A DNA stretch of 64,000 bases, from the NCBI GenBank assembly GCA_963718575.1, contig OY970358.1:642172-706171 (forward strand), given 5' to 3'. This stretch comes from an uncultured bacterium. GTDB lineage: Bacteria; Patescibacteriota; Minisyncoccia; UBA6257; 2-01-FULL-56-20. Every line of letters begins with the position of its first letter. Within the stretch, counting starts at the first letter, position 1. The notes beneath the pieces are model-generated. The model did not search any database. It saw only the letters and a program-made list of their open reading frames with translations, and was not told where the DNA came from. The translations under genes were made by a program, and so were the position numbers. Of this stretch, positions 52,555-62,508 are shown one piece after another.

Positions 52555-53611
52555 CAAAAAGAAATAGGCATCGCTGTCTCGCTACCGCGTAGGAACGCTC
52601 AAACGCCCGACAGCGATGCCTATTTCTTTTTGTGCAAGTGATGAAGGCGGGAGGATAAAGATAAAAAAAGCCGCTACCTTTGGTAGCGGCCAGTGTTGTC
52701 TTCTGAGGGTGAAAGAATCGATAGCGCGGGTGTTTTGGCGGTTTCCCCGCGAGCTCGTCGGCGTAATCAAGGATCGCTGCGATGTAGAAGTTGTCGTGGT
52801 TGTACGCAAAGAGCGCGCGGCGATGCGATTCCTCGGTTGTTCCCCATTGTGCCCGGGAGAGATAATTGGCGATGCTGCAGATCGCATCGTCGTTGCCGAA
52901 AATGTCCGGGGGATCGTCGTCATCTCCGTCATCGCTACAATGTACGGCAAGTTTGGCATAGGAGGTCGGTTCGAACTGCGGCAGGCCGAACGCTCCGGTG
53001 GCCGATCCTTTGATGGAAAAAAGTTCATCAAGGTCGCTGTTTTGAAAGATAGTAAGGAAAGTGATCAGCTGCTCCTCTGACCATCCGGGTTTTTGGAAAT
53101 CCGGCCGCATCACCGCAAGCGTGTAGAGTCTTACGACGACCGGCCACTTTCCCATGCTGTCCGGTCTTTGTCCCCACTGCGTTTCAATGTTCAGCACGCC
53201 GTCGATGACTTCACGCGGAATGCCGAATTTTTTTTCCGCGTAATCGAGCGCCACTGCGTTATTTTCCAAAAATCTTCGGCTTTGTTCTTTCGACCATACG
53301 CTGAAGACGTAGTCGTAGTCATATCGCTTTGGCTTTGGATTGCGCTGCGGAGCGGCGGGATTCGGGCTCGGGGGATGCTTGAACATGGTCGGGTCGATCG
53401 CAAAGCGTTTATCGTTCGTGATTGTCTCCCCATATTCTCCAAGCTTTTGTTTGATGTGCGCAATGATGAGTTTTTCGCGCACGACAGGATCGAACGGCGC
53501 GGTATGTTTCGTGGTGGCGGTGTTTTTCGCATGCGGAGCGGCGGCCGCGAGCGAAGGCCCAAACAGTGCGGTGAACAACATGCAGATGAGCATCGGGGTT
53601 TTCACGGACAA
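52514..53611 (-). CDS. Lytic murein transglycosylase, MltB/SLT_2-like (3' end uncertain)
   Basis: IETQWG, GSATGAFGLPQFEPTSY, DAICSIANYL, YNH..Y. Confidence 0.88.
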   Translation of the reverse strand: MSVKTPMLICMLFTALFGPSLAAAAPHAKNTATTKHTAPFDPVVREKLIIAHIKQKLGEYGETITNDKRFAIDPTMFKHPPSPNPAAPQRNPKPKRYDYDYVFSVWSKEQSRRFLENNAVALDYAEKKFGIPREVIDGVLNIETQWGQRPDSMGKWPVVVRLYTLAVMRPDFQKPGWSEEQLITFLTIFQNSDLDELFSIKGSATGAFGLPQFEPTSYAKLAVHCSDDGDDDDPPDIFGNDDAICSIANYLSRAQWGTTEESHRRALFAYNHDNFYIAAILDYADELAGKPPKHPRYRFFHPQKTTLAATKGSGFFYLYPPAFITCTKRNRHRCRAFERSYAVARQRCLFLFVPTAGIEPATLAL

Positions 53612-53679
53612 GCCTCCTCGGTTGGAATGTTCAGATGTAAAAATTGCCCTCCCTTCACTTTAGCATTACAATCTTTCTT

Positions 53680-54810
53680 ATGGAATATAAGATCCCTCTC
53701 GACGAGCAGAACCGGATTTTGGCGACGGTCGACAAGCGTACGGACGCGGAGGCGGCGCGGATCAAGCGGTATCTCGCCATGCCGGACCTTTCGCGCACGC
53801 CGGGCAATCCGCTCTATGAGATCGTGCAAGCGGCGATGGAAACGAAATCGCTCAAGGGGTTTGATAACATCATCATCCCGGAGATCGTTCCGGCTGATAT
53901 CAATTTCGATCTTTTCGATTTTGCGCCCGATCATCCGGCGCGGTCAAAGTCCGATACCTATTACGCGGACGACAAAAATATTTTGCGCACACACGACACG
54001 GTGATGTGGTACTACTACACGCAATTGCCGGAGGTCAAAGCGCGCCTCGCGCGCCGCGAAAAGCTTGGCGTCGTCTGCTACGGCAAGGTCTATCGCAAGG
54101 ACGAGATTGACCGCAAGCACATGAACATTTTCCACCAATTCGGCGGATGGTATATGACGCCCGCGGACACCGCGCCGCTCACGATCGACGATTTGCGCAA
54201 CGCGCTTACCGAGATCGTCCGCGCGCTCTTTGGCGCCGACGTAAAGTATCGTTTTCTCGACGACACATTCCCGTATACCGATCCGTCATTGCAGATCGAG
54301 GTTGAAGTGAACGGCCAGTGGATCGAGATCATGGGCGGGGGAATGACGAAGCAGAGCGTGTTCAAAAAATTCGGCGTCGAAGGATATAGCGCGTGGGCGT
54401 TCGGCTTCGGTCTCGAACGGCTTGCGATCATCAGCATGGAATTGCCGGACATCCGCCTGCTCTGGTCCGCCGACGCGCGCGTCAAAAAGCAGCTGCATAT
54501 GGGCACGAAATTTGTGGAGGTCAGCAAATACCCACCGGTCATCCGCGATATTTCTTTTATTGTTCCAAAAACATTCGCGCCGAACGATTATTTCGATCTC
54601 GTGCGCGATATCGCGGGCGATTTAGTGGAGCAAGTGGAGTTGATCGACGAATATGCAAATGATGAAAAATTTGGTGCGGATAGAAAAAGCTATGCATACC
54701 GCATCATCTATCGCTCAAGCGAGCGGACGTTGACGAACGAAGAGGTAGATGTGCTTCACAAGAAGATCGAGGAGGAAACGGCGAAAGAGTTTGGCGCGGT
54801 GGTGCGGTAG
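53680..54810 (+). CDS. pheS: Monomeric mitochondrial-type phenylalanine--tRNA ligase (alpha catalytic domain fused to FDX-ACB)
   Basis: HPAR...DTYY, LRTH, YRKDEID..H...FHQ, FPYTDPS, AFGFGLERLA, then YPPVIRDISF...YRS.ERTLTNEEV. Confidence 0.92.
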   Translation: MEYKIPLDEQNRILATVDKRTDAEAARIKRYLAMPDLSRTPGNPLYEIVQAAMETKSLKGFDNIIIPEIVPADINFDLFDFAPDHPARSKSDTYYADDKNILRTHDTVMWYYYTQLPEVKARLARREKLGVVCYGKVYRKDEIDRKHMNIFHQFGGWYMTPADTAPLTIDDLRNALTEIVRALFGADVKYRFLDDTFPYTDPSLQIEVEVNGQWIEIMGGGMTKQSVFKKFGVEGYSAWAFGFGLERLAIISMELPDIRLLWSADARVKKQLHMGTKFVEVSKYPPVIRDISFIVPKTFAPNDYFDLVRDIAGDLVEQVELIDEYANDEKFGADRKSYAYRIIYRSSERTLTNEEVDVLHKKIEEETAKEFGAVVR

Positions 54811-54826
54811 GGTACAATGTAAGTAA

Positions 54827-56284
54827 ATGAAGAAGATCGCCGTTCCCGAGGAGGTCGTTGCGGTATCGAAGACGCTTGCCGAAGCGGGGTTCGAGGCATA
54901 CCTCGTTGGTGGATGCGTGCGCGACATGCTGCTCGGGCGCGAGCCGAAGGACTGGGATGTGGCGACGGATGCAAAGCCGGCGGAGGTGCAGAAGCTTTTT
55001 CCGGACAGCGTGTACGAGAATGATTTTGGCACGGTGGGGGTTAAGACGGAATCGGAGGATCCGCGGGTGAAGATCATAGAGGTGACGACATACCGCATCG
55101 AAAGTGAATATACCGACAAGCGGCATCCGGACGCGGTGAAGTTCGCCTCTGATATAGAGGACGATCTTTCGCGCCGCGATTTCACGGTGAATGCGCTCGC
55201 GATGAATTTGAAAGGCCAGGTGATCGATCCGTTCGGCGGCGAACGCGATATCAAAGACCGGACGATTCGCACCGTCGGCGCGCCGGAAGAGCGGTTCAGC
55301 GAGGATGCCCTGCGTCTGATGCGCGCGGTGCGTTTTTCTGTGGAGCTCGATTTTGAGATCGAGATGAACACGCGCCGCGCGATCGTAAAATTGGCAGGCG
55401 GATTGGAAGAGATCGCAAAGGAGCGCGTGCGCGACGAACTCGTCAAAATTCTGATGACGCCGAACGCGGCGAAGGGGATCGTCCTCCTCGAAGAGCTCGA
55501 TCTGCTCCGCTATGTTTTGCCGGAGCTTCGCGACGGCATCGGCGTCGGGCAGAACAAGCATCACATTTATACCGTCTTTGAGCACAACGTCCGCGCACTC
55601 GATTATACCGCGGGCGAAAATTATTCTCTGCCGGTGCGCATGGCGGCGCTTCTCCACGACGTCGGTAAGCCGAAGGTGAAAAGCGGCGACGGGCCGGATT
55701 CGACGTTCTATCAGCACGAATATATCGGCGCGCGCATCGCGGTCAAGATGCTCGACCGCCTGCGGTTCTCGAAAGACTTTGTGGAACAGGTGGGGCACTT
55801 GGTCCGTTCGCACATGTTCTATTACGATACCGGCGTGATCTCTCCCGCGGGCGTGCGGCGCTTCGTGGTGCGCGTCGGGCCGGAGAACATCGATGATCTA
55901 TTAAAAGTTCGTGAAGCGGATCGCATCGGCAGCGGCGTCAAAAAAGCGGTGCCGTACCGCCTGCGCCATTTGCTCTTTATGATAGACAAGGTCAAGCGCG
56001 ATCCGCTCTCGCCGAAGATGCTCGCGTTGCGCGGCGACGATCTCATGCCACTGCTCAACCTTCCGCAATCGCGTCGCGTCGGCTGGATCCTAAACGCGCT
56101 CATGGAAGAGGTGATCGATGACCCAAAGAAGAACGATAAAAAATATCTCACAAAGCGTGCAAAGGAATTGAACAAACTGGACGATAAGGAATTACAGGAA
56201 TTGTTTGCGAGTGCCCAGCGGAAAAAGCGCGATGCGGAAGGGGAGATGGACGAGGATATTAAAAAGAAGCATCACGTGAAATAA
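54827..56284 (+). CDS. cca: CCA tRNA nucleotidyltransferase with HD domain
   Basis: VGGCVRD, DWD, RRDFTVNA, EDALR, LLHDVGK. Confidence 0.93.
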   Translation: MKKIAVPEEVVAVSKTLAEAGFEAYLVGGCVRDMLLGREPKDWDVATDAKPAEVQKLFPDSVYENDFGTVGVKTESEDPRVKIIEVTTYRIESEYTDKRHPDAVKFASDIEDDLSRRDFTVNALAMNLKGQVIDPFGGERDIKDRTIRTVGAPEERFSEDALRLMRAVRFSVELDFEIEMNTRRAIVKLAGGLEEIAKERVRDELVKILMTPNAAKGIVLLEELDLLRYVLPELRDGIGVGQNKHHIYTVFEHNVRALDYTAGENYSLPVRMAALLHDVGKPKVKSGDGPDSTFYQHEYIGARIAVKMLDRLRFSKDFVEQVGHLVRSHMFYYDTGVISPAGVRRFVVRVGPENIDDLLKVREADRIGSGVKKAVPYRLRHLLFMIDKVKRDPLSPKMLALRGDDLMPLLNLPQSRRVGWILNALMEEVIDDPKKNDKKYLTKRAKELNKLDDKELQELFASAQRKKRDAEGEMDEDIKKKHHVK

Positions 56285-56303
56285 CCATCACCGTCCAATC
56301 ACG

Positions 56304-56735
56304 ATGAACATAAAAATAAAACGATTTGATAAAGACCTGCCGTTGCCGAAGCGCCAGACGGAGGGTGCCGCCGCGTTCGACCTGACCGCGCGCGAAGCGG
56401 TGACGATCGCGCCGGGCGCGGTCGGTTATGTTCCGTTGAACATCGCCGTCGAAACGCCGGTCGAACATTTTCTCCTCATTGCCGCGCGGAGCAGCACTCA
56501 TAAAAAGGGAATCATGATGGCGAACGGCATCGGTATCGTCGATCCGGATTATTCCGGTAACGAAGATGAATTGAAAGCGGCATATTTTAATTTCTCCGCC
56601 GCGCCGGTGGTCATTGAGAAAGGCGAGCGCATCGCGCAGGGAACGTTTGTAAAGATATCCCACCCCGATTGGATCGAAATGGACGAGATGGAGAACAAGA
56701 CGCGCGGGGGATTCGGGACGACAGGAAATAAATAA
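56304..56735 (+). CDS. dut: dUTP diphosphatase
   Basis: AAFDL, RSS, GIVDPDY.G, RIAQ, RGGFGTTG. Confidence 0.96.
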   Translation: MNIKIKRFDKDLPLPKRQTEGAAAFDLTAREAVTIAPGAVGYVPLNIAVETPVEHFLLIAARSSTHKKGIMMANGIGIVDPDYSGNEDELKAAYFNFSAAPVVIEKGERIAQGTFVKISHPDWIEMDEMENKTRGGFGTTGNK

Positions 56736-56945
56736 AGCCCCCCCTATATGTCTTTCAAGATTGACCCTGATATAGAGCGCTCTTTTTCTATTCTCAAAAA
56801 GAAATCAAAATTATATATTGAATATAATGATGGTACATTGCGAGAAGCGGGACAACTAAAAAATGAACAGTCCGCGATTGCAGCGTAGCGCTTTTGATAA
56901 GGTTGAATTATTTCCCCAAACGCGGTTAAATACGTTGGTATTCTA

Positions 56946-57016
56946 CGGGCCGTAGTATACCGGTAGTACGTGCGATTCGGGTTCGTAAAGACCGGGTTCG
57001 ATTCCCGGCGGCCCGA
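56946..57016 (+). tRNA. tRNA-Pro(CGG)
   Basis: CGGGCCG/CGGCCCG acceptor, loop TT-CGG-GT, TTCGATT. Confidence 0.93.
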
Positions 57017-57019
57017 CAA

Positions 57020-57130
57020 CAACAAAAAGAATATACCCCAAAGGGACGCGTCGCGGTCTGCTGACCGCGCGCTTACGCTCGGCACCTTCGTGCCTCCGCG
57101 AAACCCTTTTGGGGTATATTCTTTTTGTTG
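57020..57130 (-). repeat. Core-plus-unique-arms element, copy B
   Basis: Perfect 23-bp arms 57020-57042 / 57108-57130 around the shared core. Confidence 0.9.
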
Positions 57131-57144
57131 CCTGTTTGTTCGAT

Positions 57145-57264
57145 GGGAATCGAACGGCGGAGGGGGTCGGGGAACCGCGGTTGGTTCCCCGTGCTGGAGG
57201 CATTCGGAACCGAGGGTTCCGAAAAACGAGCGGAGCGAGTGTGTGAGCTTCCCGGCGGCCCGAC
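57145..57264 (+). repeat. tRNA-derived downstream element (antisense T-arm ... copy of tRNA 3' end)
   Basis: GGGAATCGAAC is the reverse complement of 56996-57006; 57249-57264 equals 57002-57017. Confidence 0.8.
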
Positions 57265-57330
57265 TGATAAAATATAATTTCGAATAAAAATGCGCCGGGC
57301 TTCCATGGGGAAGCCCGGCGCGGGCAAGGA

Positions 57331-57501
57331 TCAAAGACAGCTTCTTTTCGGAAAGGTCTTCCCTTGTTTTTTAGCTTTATGGATGTAAGAAACGACATAC
57401 AGATATGCAGACAACGATGTCACCGCTACGAGAATAACAAACGCGGAGACGGCTTTTTGTAGCCAGAGAGAAAGCTCAGGCGGGAGATGAAATGGGTGCA
57501 T
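57331..57501 (-). CDS. Small membrane protein
   Basis: AAGGAGG SD, MHPFHLPP..., one TM, basic tail. Confidence 0.5.
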   Translation of the reverse strand: MHPFHLPPELSLWLQKAVSAFVILVAVTSLSAYLYVVSYIHKAKKQGKTFPKRSCL

Positions 57502-57602
57502 ATTGGAGGCCTCCTTCGGGCGGCTTCCTATAGAATGCCACAACCATGGGGAAAGTAAATGTACTGGATTTGGGTGGCTTTTGGCGCGCCACCATAGAGC
57601 TA

Positions 57603-57630
57603 TTGACATCCTTTTCGAGCCGAGTATACT
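57603..57630 (+). promoter_or_regulatory. Probable promoter of the 23S-5S transcript
   Basis: TTGACA-16-TATACT. Confidence 0.7.
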
Positions 57631-58008
57631 TACTCCTAAGATACGAATGGTAAAGAACACTAATCTTTCACAGCAAGACGGCTGACCGCGCGTATTTTAC
57701 GCGATGGACCAAGCCGCTCTGCGGCCGATTTTTTTTCTGGGCATAGTATCTTCAAATGCTGCGTTGGTCGCCTCTTGGGCGACGGCGGCATCTGGCAGTG
57801 TTATTTAAAATCATCTGCCGATTTGGTGGAACTCCGAATTGTAGAGTCGGAGGACATAATATGGAGACTCTGTGTCACTAATTTAGGTTCTGCGATCTCC
57901 GCTCGGTGACGAGCGAGGAAAGCCGGGCCCGTGCATACGCATATGTACGCAATTTCTCGTGGCAAGTCAGAGTCAAATCAGTGATGAAATTTATTTTATC
58001 ACTGGCAA

Positions 58009-58115
58009 GTGTTGTACACCCCTTTGAAGGGCGTCGCGGAGGCACGAAGGTGCCGAGCGCCAAGGCGGCCGGTCAGCAGGCCGGAACGCCGTCCCTGCAA
58101 AGGGGTGTACAACAC
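58009..58115 (+). repeat. Core-plus-unique-arms element, copy C
   Basis: Perfect 18-bp arms 58009-58026 / 58098-58115. Confidence 0.9.
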
Positions 58116-58689
58116 GAGCAAGTCAGCATTGGGATGGTTGGCAAATAAGGGCGAACGGTGGATGCCTAGACTAGAAAAGGCGATGAAGGACGTGGCGTAG
58201 CAACGAAATGCCTCGGGGAGATGCGTAGCAATCTACGATCCGGGGATGTCCGAATGGGGAAACCTAGTTGAGTAACCCTCAATTGTTTCGACGCAAGTCG
58301 ATTCGCGTACCCGCTGAAGTAAAACATTCCAGTAAGCGGAGGAAAAAAGAACAAATCAGTTATTCCCCAAGTATCGGCGAGAGAACAGGGAACAGCCCAA
58401 ACTAAGGTTGTGATTTATTTCGCAACGTTAGGGTATAGTCTAAAGACGCTGTTTAGTAAATAACGTAGCGCGCTCCTTAAAAAAGTGCGTTTCGTTATTT
58501 GCTATTCGTGAAGGAGTAAAAAAATCATATGTTAGCCAAAGTCGTCTGGAAAGCGACGCCAGAGCGGGTGATAGCCCCCTAGGCGAAAACATTTGGTCTC
58601 CTTAGTTTTTTAACTTGAGTACTTCGGAGTAAAACAGTTCCGGAGGAATATGCCTGTACTATCAGGTAAGGCTAAATACTTTTCTAGAT

Positions 58690-58726
<37 letters not shown>

Positions 58727-60165
58727 CAGGCCGGTGAGGCCGTTGAAATAGAACCTGAAACCGTTTGTCTACAAGGAATTGAACCACGAACGGCTTCCCG
58801 CAAGGGAGGACGAGTGGAACAATGTGCCTATTGAAGAATGATCCAACGACTTATTTTGTGTTGCTTGTCTAAGCGCGCATAGCGTGAAGGCGTAGCGAAA
58901 GCGAGTCTGAATAGGGCGCATGTCTCCCCTTAAAAGGAGATCGCAGCACAAGATAGACCCGAAGCGTTATGAGCTTGCCTTGGCCAGGGTGAACTCCCGA
59001 GAAATCGGGAGGGAGGCCCGAACCGGTTGATTGTTCAAAATCTTCGGATGAGCTGAGGTAAGGAGTGAAAAGCTAATCGAATAACGTAATAGCTGGTTCT
59101 CTCCGAAACAGTTTTAGGACTGGCGGCAAGAGTTCCTCTTGGGGGTAGAGCACTGGATGATCGTTACAGGGGGAAACTCCGAACGATCAATCAAACTCCG
59201 AATACCGAGAGTCAAGATCTTGCTAGTTAGACTGCGGGGGCTAAGCTCCGTGGTCGCGAGGGGAAGAGCCCAGATCGTCATCTAAGGTCCCTAAATTCAT
59301 GCTAAGTGTTAAAGGTAGTCATAACCCATAGACAGATAGGAGGTTGGCTTAGAGGTAGCCATCCTTTAAAGAGTGTGTAACAACTCACTATTCGACGGGT
59401 CGTGGCGCCGAAAATGTACCGGGGCTAAGCATGATACCGAAGATACGAATGTATACTTCCTTCGGGAGGTGTACGTGGTAGGAGAGCATTTCGGCCTGCA
59501 GTGAAGGTCAACCCGCGAGGGTGACTGGAGCGGCCGGAAGAGAAAATGTTGGAATGAGTAACCACAATCCCAATGAGAAATTGGAACCCCGAAAATCCAA
59601 GGTTTCCGTGGCACTGGCAATCAACCACGGGTTAGGCGGTCCTAAGGCGATGGCGAAAGCCGCAGTCGATGGGAAGCTGGTTAATACTCCAGCCCGGCCG
59701 TACGATCATAACTAGAGGACAAAGGAGATAAGCAGATGTGCCTTATTGGTTTGGCATTCTTTGTACTAAGCTCACGCGTGTACCGAGAGAAGGTTAAGAA
59801 TTTACTTAGTCGACATCTGTGAAGTGCCTTTCGAGAAAAATCTGGCCAAATCGAGCGTAAGGTCTCCGTACCGTAAACCGACACTGGTGGATAGGGCGAG
59901 TAGCCCAAGGGGAACGAGTGATTCATCGTTAAGGAACTAGGCAAAATAGCGGCCGTAAGTTAGCAATAAGGCCTGCCCTCGCAAGAGGGCCGCAGCTAAA
60001 GAATCTCTGGCGACTGTTTACCAAAAACACAGCTCCCTGCCAACTCGCAAGAGGATGTATAGGGGGTGACACCTGACCGATGCGAGAAGGTCAAGATTGG
60101 GGGTGGTATGGAGCAATCTGTACTGCTCACTGATTCAAGCCCTCGTCAATGTCAGCGATAACTAT

Positions 60166-60405
60166 GAACAACATTGTAGTTGTAAAATTTGGCTATATGC
60201 TGGAATAACCGTTAGTATCCGGCGCTACTCGAAAGAGTGACAATGCGTCCGGTGCGGTCAATCAGCAGGAAAGGCCTCGATAATTATTATTGAGGAATCC
60301 TCAGAGACTACACGCCAGACCCTAAAATATTTAGGGATGATATAGTCCGAACTATATGGCGACATATAGAGTTGTTCGCGAAGTGCGAGCAGAATAACAT
60401 ACTTG
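60166..60405 (+). mobile_element. Group I intron at 23S position L1917 (no ORF)
   Basis: Exons AACTAT|AATCGTTCTAAGG; P1 AACTAT/GTAGTT; P7 CAGAGACTAC / GATATAGTCC; terminal G. Confidence 0.9.
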
Positions 60406-60439
60406 AATCGTTCTAAGGTAGCGCAATTCCTTTTCGGGT

Positions 60440-61165
60440 AAGGTAACTTGCCCCTTTACGCCGCGAGGTGTATTGAAACAGCTGGCTCATAACGGTGAAG
60501 TCCTAAATTTTAGATAAATTTAATGTCTGATTGTTTAGGATAATACCGTGGGAAGTCCATTGATTAAAAATCAAAATGACCCCGTAACGACTTCGTCCTG
60601 CAAGGGACGTAATGAGGTGGTTTTGACCCCTCATTATACGCCGGCTTCTTCAGAAGGAGAGAGAAGAAACATAGCGGAATATATAACCGGTTATGTTGAT
60701 GGTGAAGGATGTTTTACGGTTACGTTCAATACAAAACCAAAAGCTTTGCTTGAATGGGAATTCAGGCCGAGTTTTTCGGTAAGTCAGAACGAAGATCGCC
60801 GTCAGGTTCTCGATCTCATGAGAAACTATTTCGGATGTGGTTTTATCCGCCGTGATTGGAGTGATAAGACCGTAAAGTTCGAAGTACGAGATCATAAGAA
60901 TTTGATGACAAAAATTATTCCTCATTTCGAGAAGTTTCCTCTTATTTCGGCAAAGAACAATGATTTCAAATTATTCAAAACAATTTGTCGCATTGTCGAC
61001 TCGCAGAAACATTTAAGTAAGGCTGGATTTATAGAAGTTATAAATCTTGCTTATCAAATGAATGGCTCTGGTAAAAGAAAAAGAGCAAAAGAAGAAATCA
61101 TCCAATCTCTTTTTGAAGATAAAGATATAGTCTGATCCTCACCGTAAGGTGAGATAACACGGATG
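60440..61165 (+). mobile_element. Group I intron at 23S position L1951 with homing endonuclease
   Basis: Exons TTCGGGT|AAGTTCCGA; P1 GGGT-AAG..CTT-GCCC; P7 AACGACT / ATAGTC; terminal G. Confidence 0.92.
60548..61135 (+). CDS. Single-motif LAGLIDADG homing endonuclease (true start may be GTG 60617)
   Basis: YITGYVDGEGCF, FSVSQ, FGCG.I, IIPHFEKFPL. Confidence 0.93.
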   Translation: MGSPLIKNQNDPVTTSSCKGRNEVVLTPHYTPASSEGERRNIAEYITGYVDGEGCFTVTFNTKPKALLEWEFRPSFSVSQNEDRRQVLDLMRNYFGCGFIRRDWSDKTVKFEVRDHKNLMTKIIPHFEKFPLISAKNNDFKLFKTICRIVDSQKHLSKAGFIEVINLAYQMNGSGKRKRAKEEIIQSLFEDKDIV

Positions 61166-61816
61166 AAGTTCCGAAGCGCACGAAAGGTGTAACGACCGGA
61201 GAACTGTCTCAACGATGAGCTCGGTGAAAATGCGATTCCCGTGAAGACGCGGGATACCTGCAGCGGGACGAAAAGACCCCGGAAGCTTTACTGCAGCTTG
61301 GCATTGATTTTAGAGTTTTACTACGTAGCGTAGTGGTGAGGATTTGAAGCGTCGCTCTCGGGTGACGTGGATCCGACAATGAAACAGCCATTTTTAAAAC
61401 TTTAACGTCTAACTGGTAACGAACCCTTCGGGGAAGCGTTGCTAAGACAGTGCTTGGTAGGCAGTTTAAATGGGGCGTTTTCCTCCAAAAGAGTAACGGA
61501 GGAGTTTATTAAGGTCAGCTTAGCCCGGATGGAAATCGGGCAGGACGTGCAAACGCAAAAGCTGGCTTGACTGCAAGTCCTACAAGACGAGCAGGTGCGA
61601 AAGCAGAAGTTAGTGACCCGACGGCCCTTCATAGAAAGGCCGGAGACACCGGATAAAAGCTACTCCGGGGATAACAGGCTAGTATTGTCCGAGCGTCCCT
61701 AGCGACGACAATGCTCGGCACCTCGATGTCGGCTCGCCACAGCGCGGGGGTGTAGAAGCTCCCAAGCGTTTGGCTGTTCGCCAATTAAAGTGGCACGTGA
61801 GCTGGGTTCAGACCGT

Positions 61817-62201
61817 CAACAAGATAACCCAATCGAAGGTAACGAAGCGAAAGCGGAAACTGTTAAAAAAGAAGAAACGGCGGCCCAGGAAAGCAATTTC
61901 CTGGAGTGAAGCCTTGCATTCAAGTCTGTCATTCGTCCGACAAATCGCAAGGCAAGAAAATCGACTCATATCGGTGAAGTCCTTACTTGGTTTAGACCTG
62001 AACCATGAGGATAATACCGAGGGAAGTCGTGCATGGAGTTATGGAATTTATTTTATGCATTGACCCCTTAGAGACTTAGCGCGTAAGCGCTGGAGTCCGG
62101 CAATCGTGCCGGGCTAACACGTCGGTCATCTTACTAAATTCATTTTTAGCGAGATGGTGGTATAGTCCAACCCGCCAGTAATGGCGATGAAGAATAAGTT
62201 G
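61817..62201 (+). mobile_element. Group I intron at 23S position L2593 (no intact ORF)
   Basis: Exons CAGACCGT|CGTGAGACAG; ATCGGTGAA, ATACCGAG, AGAGACT / ATAGTCC core; terminal G. Confidence 0.9.
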
Positions 62202-62343
62202 CGTGAGACAGGTCGGTCTCTATCTGCTGCAGGCGTGAAATACTTGAGGGGAGTTGACCTTAGTACGAGAGGACTGGGTTGAACATACCTCTGGTCTACC
62301 GGCTTTGCTACCAAGTGAATTGCCGGGTAGCTATGTATGGAAG

Positions 62344-62376
<33 letters not shown>

Positions 62377-62508
62377 CACCCCAAGATTAGGTATGCGTGA
62401 TTTCGTCATAGACTATGACGTTGATAGGCGCTCGGTGTAAGAACAGCAATGTTTTTAGCCAAGGCGTACTAATAATCCCGCCAACCATCCCAATGCTGAC
62501 TTGCATTC

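Noticed and set aside
56748-56888. 46-aa AT-rich ORF between dut and tRNA-Pro
   Set aside because: No motif, SD or clear promoter; cannot be supported
57895-57935. RNase P RNA suggested by GAGGAAAGCCGGGC
   Set aside because: Lacks the conserved T of GAGGAAAGTCC, and no matching 3' P4 strand is visible at the expected distance
61268-61280. A at 23S position 2057 as a macrolide-resistance mutation
   Set aside because: Compensated by U at 2611; this is a natural A-U pair polymorphism
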